A DNA stretch of 64,000 nucleotides from Octopus vulgaris. Taxonomy: Eukaryota. Below are positions 54,566 through 64,000 of this stretch, in pieces. A program made the translations under genes and the position numbers. Positions within the stretch are counted from its first letter, which is position 1. Every line of letters starts with the position of its first letter. Below the pieces are notes generated by a model. The model was not told where the DNA came from. It was given only the letters and a program-made list of their open reading frames with translations, and searched no databases. Location: positions 29,574,001 through 29,638,000 of the forward strand of contig OX597821.1 in assembly GCA_951406725.2 (NCBI GenBank). The letters run 5' to 3'.

Positions 54566-57001
54566 AATTCATACAAACATACATGCGTGCTTATGTTTGT
54601 ATGTGTGTATGAGAGCGTGAGGAAAGTTCTGGAGTTAGTACTCATCTTTGAAGTGTTGGCATTGTTCAGTTCTGCAAGAAGCTTCATATCTACATACTCC
54701 AACACACACACACTCTTTTGTATGAATATTGTTTATTGGCGTGTTTGATTTTGTGTGTTTATATATGTAAATATGAAAGTGCATGTGTGTGTATATACAT
54801 ATATATATATATTACATATATATATATATATTATATATATATATATACACAGACACACACATATATAAATACATGCATACAAACACATTGTATCTTGGTT
54901 TACATCTGATAAGTGAGTACATATATTTATGCGCGTATGTGTGTGTAACCAAGAAGAGGGAGAGATATGCAGGCAAAATCGCATATCCACATCAACCACA
55001 TACACATATGACCACGCGAGAGCTGAAAAATCTATTGCATACGTTAATACGTAATGTTTGCCTGCCTAATGTATGTAGGTGCCTATATGTCAGTATGGCT
55101 CTGCCTACAATGGACACGCATGCAGGTGAAATTATATACTTTCATATACAACATTCAAGGCATTTGTCAGAGCATGCATGCATATATGCTTTAAGTAGTC
55201 GGCTATTATTCCTAGACTGTTAGCCATCTGCAGTGTCTTCGGTTATGTCTGTATATGCATGCTGCATGAAGACATGCCTCTGCTGATGGGTTGGGGAGTG
55301 AGTGGATGCATGTGTACGCTACATTACTGCATACATTCAGATTTTGATGTAGAGAATGAATGGGGAAAAAGTTTGGCGGCGCCAATGTAGACAGGTGTGA
55401 CTTGAATGGCAGAATGTCGTGAGTTCGTATCCACCTGTTAAGTGAAGATTTTGTTCCATTGCTATTCATCTTTTCAATGTTTGTGAAGATAATTGAATAG
55501 GATACACTACCGGGATAGTGAAATACACAAACGTGCATATACAGCCTGAGACTACTTGTACCTTGTGTGTGAAGTTATGTGGTTTCTCATTCAGTGGATC
55601 ACAGATGAAAACAGAGATTAGCAAATGGAGCTGTAGATTCCAAGATCTATGTAGGTATACGGGGGGTAAAAGAAACAAGTAGACATATAGACATCAGTAA
55701 GTAAATATCAAATAGACAAACAGACTGACAGAAGAGCAGACAACTGGACATATTTGGCTAGATAGGTAGGAATATAAAGATAGGATACATGAATAAGTAA
55801 GCAGGTAGGAAGAGAAGTATAGATTTATAGTGGTTCATCAATAAATAACAGGAAAAATGGAATGGTAAGTTGATAAATTACAAAGATACGTGACTAATTA
55901 TCATTGATAATATAGAAATTATAACAGAGAATGGAACAAAGAAGGTGAACATATAGATAGAACCAAACATAGCAAAAACATTAGGTACATAATTGCAAAC
56001 TCTATGAAAAAAATCAAACAATGCCAATAAGATTATCATTTATGAAACTATCAAGGCCCTGTATTGAGGTGAGTTTTTTAATACATTTATAATTGCAGGC
56101 TACCTTCTCTTCCCCTTCTCTCCTGCTCCTCATACAATCTTGCAAATTTCCATCCACTTCAGGCGCTGAGGAGCCACCTATATACCTTATCTCAAACAGC
56201 TATATCTTCACATCTAGTAATCAGTCTCTCGTTCCCTTACTAAATATGAGTAACCATACAGCCTCACTACAAGAACCTGCTCTGCTTACCTACTACTTTT
56301 TTCATACTTTAAACTCTCATCTCCTTGTCACAAAAAGCTGACCCTCACTGCCTTCAGGGCTCCTAGTCTTGCAAGCTGCATGGCAACATCAACAATACTA
56401 GTAGCATGGAAAAAGAACCAGTACACAATTTAAAGTGGTTGGCATCAGGAAGAACACCTAGCTGTAGGAACCCTGCCAAAGCAATCATTGGAGCATGATG
56501 CAGTCCTTAACCCATCAGATCCTGTCAACCCATCCACACCATGCCAGCATGAAATACAGATGTTAAATGATGATGATCATGTGTGATGACCAGTGGAATG
56601 AACAGTACTTTGCTTAGAAATAATTGGAGACTGGCAACAATAAACAACACCCAGCTGTAGAAAATCTGCCTAAGTTTTGTCTAACCCATGCCATTTAGAA
56701 GTAAATACATATCAATGATGACGATGATGATGATGATGACAATGAATGGATTTATACTGAGTTTGTTATGAATAAAAACAACTACACATAAAAAGTGCAT
56801 CATGTGCAGAGATTCAATCAAGCCATTGATAAAACAATGATATTCTTAAAAAAACATAAAACATTGAAATAGCCATCTGCGTATCATACTTAATGTATAT
56901 ACACTATTGAAAAGCAGCATAATCCTGTGTATTTTGTCTGAGAGAAAATTTCTTCATAGATATGCTGAATGAAAAATACACATATATATATATATATATC
57001 C

Positions 57002-57064
<63 letters not shown>

Positions 57065-57302
57065 TATATATATATACATACATACATATATACACACATA
57101 TATATAAACATACATATATATACACGTATATATATACATATACATACATATATATATACACATATATATATACAAATATATATATACATACATATACACA
57201 TATATATATACATACATATATATACACATATATATATACATATATATATACATATATATACACACATCCATATATATATTATATATATATATTTATATAT
57301 AC

Positions 57303-57333
<31 letters not shown>

Positions 57334-58019
57334 AATAATGAGGGAGATAAATTGAATATTAATTTGATTAACATCAATTTAAAACCAGTAGCCTAGCATA
57401 CAAAAATCTGAAAAATCAGTGTCCCAGTAGTGTTTCCATCATTCCTTTCACTGGTGGGTATATGCTAATTATAATACACAGATGGTTATTTTAATTTAAT
57501 GTCATTTCATTTGCATACACTGAGTTTATAAAACACTGAGCTTAATTACTCAGACACCATAAACAGGAAAAACAATAGTTAAGTTAGAGGTAAACCCTCA
57601 ACTGTTTCCAAGCAACATAATATTTCCCCTATGAAAGGGCATCTTTTCACAAAAGATTTGAAACAAAGGCCACCCATAACTATTACATAATACGAAAGCA
57701 AGTCGACGCGTGTGTGTACATGTATGTTTTAAGCTTGCATAATATACTGGTTTCAAATTTTGGCATATAGCCAGCAATGTCAGTGGAAGGGGATAAGCCG
57801 AATACATGAACCCCAGCATTAGACAAGTACTTATCTTATCACCCTTTCCAATAGTTTTAGTTTTGACTCTCAAAACTATTGAAAAGGTTGCAAGACACAA
57901 CGAAAATTTTAGGAAAATAAAAATAGGAAAAAAAGTGGAAATTTTACCGGTGATTGTGTTAGATTATAAGGCAAAAAAAGAAAATGACTCTCCCCAGACA
58001 CAACAGCATATGTATATAC

Positions 58020-58068
<49 letters not shown>

Positions 58069-58140
58069 TATATAAATATATATATATTTATACATATATG
58101 TGTGTGTATATATATATTTATACATATTTATACGTATATA

Positions 58141-58191
<51 letters not shown>

Positions 58192-58919
58192 GTGTGTGTA
58201 TGGGTGTGTGTGTGTATTGATGCACACACATAGAGAGAATATAGTGTCACTGATTATGAATATTAACAATACAGACGTAGGAAGAAATACCACAGGGGTT
58301 GGGGGACTGGTTGCTCAGCATACTAAATACAAGAAATTAGTTTGCAGTGAAGGAGGTCTAACTTGCTTAATGTAAAAGAGATCAATAACTTTTACTGCTT
58401 CCCCGCCCTTTCTTTTGTTAATAATTCGCTGATATCTCTCCCCTACACCACTCTCTCCTATTGTTTCTGCAGATGAACAATTCTCATATGTCATCCATAT
58501 TTACAGTCTTCTGTCCAGTCTGGAAGCAGCCAGGATCTCCAAATGTAAACTAGTAAATGGTAGATTTACTGGCAATCATTTGACCTCCGTGACCTTATGG
58601 TAATTTATGGTCACCTTGCACCTTCCAAACCAGACGCTCGCTATCACTGTGTCTGCAAGCAGAGCTCGGTGGGGTCAGCTACATTGGTCACAATTAATAC
58701 AAAGAGATAGACAGGCGGACAGACAGAGAGCGTGTATGCATATATATGCGTATGTACCCATACATAAACAAAAATATACAAAAATATGTATGTGTTGGTG
58801 TGTGTGAGAGTGCACGTGTAGGCATATATATGTGTATACATTCATACACTATATGTGTGTGTATCACTTAAATATTTACATACACATACATACATGAATA
58901 TTTACCTCCTATATATGTA

Positions 58920-58996
<77 letters not shown>

Positions 58997-59770
58997 ACAC
59001 ATATGTTTATATGTATGTATATACATATATACACATAGACAGAAAGATGGATGGATGGATGGACATATATTCAGGCATACATGCATATACCCACCTGCAT
59101 ATTTACATTAACATACATACTCATACATGTGCATAGCATATTTACATTACACACACACACACACACATTACTTACATTGTATGTGTGGGTGAGTATGTAT
59201 GTGTTTTAGGGTAGTAAACTGGCAGAGTTGTTCAAATGTTTGACAGAATGCCTTCCAGTATTTTTTGGGCTCTCTATGCCCTGAGTTCAAATTCTACCAA
59301 GGTCAACTTCATACTTCCACATTTCAGGATTGATAAAAATACACACACTCGTCCAGAGTTGTTACAAACTGGTAAAATTGCTAGATCAGCAGATGGTATC
59401 ACCTTGAAGTATGTGTCCTGACACATTGCATTCTGATAGCAAGGACTATGACAACATTGGTATGAAACTTTACTGACCCTTGACCTTGACCTCGGACAAT
59501 GTCTGTGACATGGAAAAAAGAGACTTCCGTATATAGGTAATTGCTTTTTCATCCAAGAACAAAATCTTACTAAGTTCTGCACATTGGTAAGGAACATTTG
59601 AGATAAGCATGAGTAACCTTTTTTGAGAAGCAGGTCACATGAGACATGACCCATAATCAAGCAAGCCACATTATTAAAAAAGTTCAAGATAATTTTTCTT
59701 GAGTCATTTAGCAAATTGTGCTGGGTGGGGATCCATTGTCTTATGAAATATATCCACTACATAGTCCATT

Positions 59771-59900
59771 CCTTGTTGCAGTGGAGTAGTTTGTGTTCCT
59801 CTATGACCCTGAGAGCTATGCCAGTGGTGCACAAGCTCCTGATAGTGCCTCCCATACCGGTCAAGTCAAAGGATAGATGATAGGTGAATGTGGACTACCT
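59771..59900 (+). mobile_element. RTE LINE 5'UTR remnant
   Basis: ccttgttgcagtggagtagtttgtgttcctctatgaccctgagagctatgcc...gctcctgatagtgcctcccat resembles recalled RTE-1/Expander 5' leaders. Confidence 0.45.
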
Positions 59901-61380
59901 TTCCTTAGAGATGTGTACACATGAACATGGACAAGTGTGTATGTGCGTAGAGCCAATTTTCCTACTTAGAAGAAAAAGGGAGTTACAGTAGCTTCAGTAA
60001 CAATTCAAACTATCAAAGCGTGGAGAAAATAGTGGTCAATGGGCTATGTTCCATCGGGTGTAGAAGGCTTACGTAAAAAACATTAAGACAAAATTATATA
60101 TTTTGTTCACAAATGAAAGGAAAAGTACTCAAATCACAGGGCAAAGTTAATATTTATTAAGAACCAGTAAACACTTAACTGCATTGCTAATCTGTTTCCC
60201 CACACAAGAAGTCATACAAGCAAGGAAAAGTAGGCATAAAAACAATTATATCAGTTAATGTTTAGCTGTAGATCAGCTCTGGAAAAGCTGATCAATAATG
60301 AAAATTGTTCTAAACATGACCCTTCTTAAAGAGATCTTACAACTATGTAATGCAGTGTGAGCTTAGTTTCTCAATACAAATAGGGTGTTAGATTCAAGGA
60401 AGATTTAGTAGCTATTTCTAGCAGTGATTACACAACTAGCTGTAGTACCAACTATTATAATATCTAGTATCAATAATTGCTACTCAGACTATAGTGGAAT
60501 GAATCCTTTTTTCCTTTACAGAGACAATAATGAAGTAAGGGAATTTCTCACAAATGGCTCCCATAAATACACACAAACACATAGAGTTATTTATGTTTCG
60601 CTGTATATACAACAGCTTCATTGTTCTGTGTTAAAATCTCCTGATAGATAAGCGACTGAATGAATGAATGAATGAAAGAATGAATGAATGTGATGAGGAG
60701 GGAAGGAAGAAAAAGAGGTGGTTGATGTTATTTGAAAGTTCAAGAATAGCCGGAAGTGGGAGAAGTGGTGGAACAGGGATAGATAAAATAGGTGAACAGA
60801 GTAAAGCTAAGAACAAGAGAAAATGATAGAGAAGGAGGCAGGAGGGCAGACATACATTTGGCAAGCTATAGTGAGAAGAAGAGGGAGAGATAGACAGACA
60901 GACAGTCATATGAGAAAGCAGTTGAAGACAGATAGCAAAAGACCTCCACTTCATCTCATCCCTTTCCCCATCACATGCACACGACAGTTCACAGTAGTGT
61001 GGGAGATTGATTCTTCAAAGAAGAAATCAAAACTGGATTATGATGACAGAAAGAAATAAGAGAAGTGTATAAATTTGTGCATATAGGATCCTGTGTATGC
61101 GCATGTGTATTAAGTGCGAGCGCATAAGGATGCAAGCATGTCAGGGATTATAGCATTTTGTATGGCTGACTGTAACTGGCTTGTGATAATGCATAGATGG
61201 ATTGGATTGATAACTGCTGGTGAAGAATGGTTGACGATTATAGTGATGAACAGAACGATTCATGGCTTGTAGCTGATTGGCGACAGGTTGACCTGACTGA
61301 TTCAGTGAAAGAAGGATAAATGTGGATAGATGGGTGAGAGAGAGAGACAGACAGAAAGAGAGAGAGAGAGACATATGATA

Positions 61381-61880
61381 GAGGTTATTATATAACTTCC
61401 ATTAGCTAGGTGACCTAAACAACGGTGGAGGTGAATGCTTTGAATGCATAGCAGCCAGAGCAAGAACAGGGAGGAGAAAGTTCAAAGAGTTATTACCTCA
61501 GCTGGCATGAAAAGGATTCGCTTTCCAAGTGAAGGACAAATTGTATGATACTTGAGTACAAAGCATAATGCTGTATAGTAGAAAAACATGGACACAGAAT
61601 GGGTAATATGTGCACACAATAAAAAGAAATAAAGCAAACATGCCCCAGTGGATGCTTAGTGTGAGTGCAAATAAATGGCAGAGGAGCTGAGAGGAAAGCT
61701 GGGTATAAGAGTAATCGGATGCAGCATGCAAGAAAGAAGACTATTTGGGGTAGACATGATGTATGTGGTAGCTGAGTGAAGAAGTGACAAGTAGTCCAAT
61801 GGAAGGAACCTGAGCAAGAGGAAGTACAAGGAAGAAATGGGATGGTGATCCCAAAGCAGATCAGCTACAGAAAGGGGCCT
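61381..61880 (+). mobile_element. Decayed RTE-clade LINE ORF C-terminal region
   Basis: Translation LGDLNNGGGECFECIAARARTGRRKFKELLPQLA*KGFAFQVKDKLYDT*VQSIMLYSRKTW...ELRGKLGIRVIGCSMQERRL matches the RTE pattern YLGD..GG....RIR.GW.KF.EL.P.L..KG.S...KG.LY...V...MLYGSETW. Confidence 0.8.
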
Positions 61881-62661
61881 ACAAATTTGGAGGGAGAGAC
61901 GAGTCAATCACACTACCTTCAGTATTTAAATGGTGTTTATTTTATCACCACCAGGAAGATGAACAGCAAAGTTGACCCTGGGAGGATTTTAGTAAATATA
62001 AAGAGCAATAAATAAATATCCATTCTACTATATGCACAAGGCCTGAAATGTTGGGGGAGGGGGTTGGTTGATCACATCCACCCCAGTACTTGACTGGTAC
62101 TCATTTTGTCAACACACAAAAGATGAAAGAAAGTTGAACTTGGCTGAATTTGAACTCAGACAGTAATGACAGATGAAATGTCACAAAGCATTTTGCCCAA
62201 CATGTTGATAATTCTACCAAGGTCACCACCTTATGCAATAAATAAATATCACAAAATATTTCATTAACATTTTTATAACTTCATCAATCCATCACCCTGT
62301 CGAATGTGTGTGTGTGTGTATTTCAGAATACATATGCTAGAGAAGGCTTCAGTGAAACAGGATTTTTCGTAACTGGAAGTCGTTCTTGGTACCAGCCCAC
62401 AAGGTTTCTCAAACAATGAACAGTTCTGATATACTTCCGTGGAGATCTGCAGACAAACACATTTTTTATGAATGGTGCACATATTTATTTATATGCAATG
62501 GCCTCCTTCCAGTTTCTCTCAACCAAATTTTACTTGTAGTGTATATTGGTCAACCAAAAGCATTGGCAAAGGACACCATCCACACTATTCGTGCAGTTTG
62601 ACCAAATGTCTACCACATGGATATGAAGCTAACCTCTTGACCACACAGATTCATATTCTTT

Positions 62662-63025
62662 TCCGGGTTTCAGTCATTTGACTGCGGCCATAGTGAAACA
62701 CCAACTTGAAGGGGTTTAAATCAAATAAGCCAGCCCCAGGACTTATTTTTTGAGCCTAGTACTCATTCTATCTGGTCTCTTTTGCAGAACTGATAGGTTA
62801 CAGGGACATAAACACACAAACACCAGTGGTCAAGTAGTGATACCAGGGACAAGCACAGACACGAACACACTCACACACACACACACACACGTATATATAC
62901 ATACAGTGGGCTTCTTTTCAGTTTCCATCTACCAAATCCATTCACAAGGCATTGGTTGGCCTCATGTTACAGTAGAAGACACTTGCTCAAGGTGCCACAC
63001 AGTGTGACTGAACCCAGAACCATAT
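62662..63025 (-). mobile_element. Near full-length family B SINE
   Basis: Reverse complement of the 33411 and 38461 copies (tttcagtcatttgactgcggccat...agtagaagacacttgctcaaggtgcca...gactgaacccagaaccat). Confidence 0.8.
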
Positions 63026-63255
63026 CACTGAGTCCAGAGGATATAGGTTACTCATGCATGACCATCATGCATCTTTCTTTCCCTCACGTGATCATCTTTA
63101 TAATTCATTCATGGCTGTTCTAGAGGCCCGGGTGTATCCTATCTATCACTCTCTTCTATCTCATCTCTTGTCAAAGAAAATATTTCTCCAGCATATATAT
63201 ACACATATGCATATGTGTATATGTATATTTATATATATATATATATGCATATGTG

Positions 63256-63304
<49 letters not shown>

Positions 63305-63549
63305 GCACACACAGACATAAACTTTTATACCCCGAGTCCAATAACCGTTTCTTAGAACTCAATATACGTTGCAGTATACAAATACTTCAAAAGGATTTGA
63401 GGAAGCAATAAGATGTTGTGCTCATACTCAACTCTAGGTACACAGTCCTTTATTGCATAAACAGCTGTCACTTAATGAAAGTAATCACATACCTCTTCTC
63501 TTGCTATTCATCCTGATGCATATATGTATATATATATATACATATATAC

Positions 63550-63582
<33 letters not shown>

Positions 63583-63682
63583 TATATATATAAGATATAG
63601 ATAGTTAGATAGATACACACACAAATACATAAGCATTTGTCCAATCTAATGCTGGCATGGAACAAGGACATTAAATCATAAG

Positions 63683-63719
<37 letters not shown>

Positions 63720-64000
63720 TATCACCCTAATTATATTGTGTTAATGCCACAGAGACAATAATTTGAAAGAGAGATATTATAGGAGAACTACCTAGCAACA
63801 GAAATGTTTACTTCATTCAATAATAATAATAATAATAATGATAATAATAATAATCAATACAGTAAATGAAAAATAAACACTGCATGTACCCTAGACACAC
63901 AGACCTGCACTCACTTGTGTAGTGAGTGAAATGCACTCAACAAAAATAAGACTAATGAAACAATAATAATAATAATAATAAAAATAATAGTAATAATAAT

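Overview
AT-rich, microsatellite-dense, non-coding eukaryotic DNA. The repeat families (tRNA-headed SINEs, RTE 3' ends with ATG tails, very long TA/CA arrays) look like an Octopus (coleoid cephalopod) genome; this is inferred from repeat content. I find no intact protein-coding gene. Almost all supplied ORFs are microsatellite or SINE translation artefacts. The window reads like the interior of a very long intron or intergenic space. It holds dozens of SINEs, decayed LINE fragments (CR1, Tx1/L1, RTE, Jockey/L2-like), several MITEs with TIRs or TSDs, and a decayed Chapaev-like DNA transposase. The most notable signals are: a consensus minus-strand recursive-splice-site motif (polypyrimidine-CAG|GTAAGT at 18677/18678) plus weak candidate minus-strand non-coding exons; a Penelope-type hammerhead ribozyme remnant; two near-perfect fold-back hairpins and inverted repeat pairs (potential ADAR or small-RNA substrates); a TTAGGG-carrying MITE in two copies; and a 200-bp locally templated insertion into a SINE. 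Repeat family names come from recalled motifs, not from database searches.
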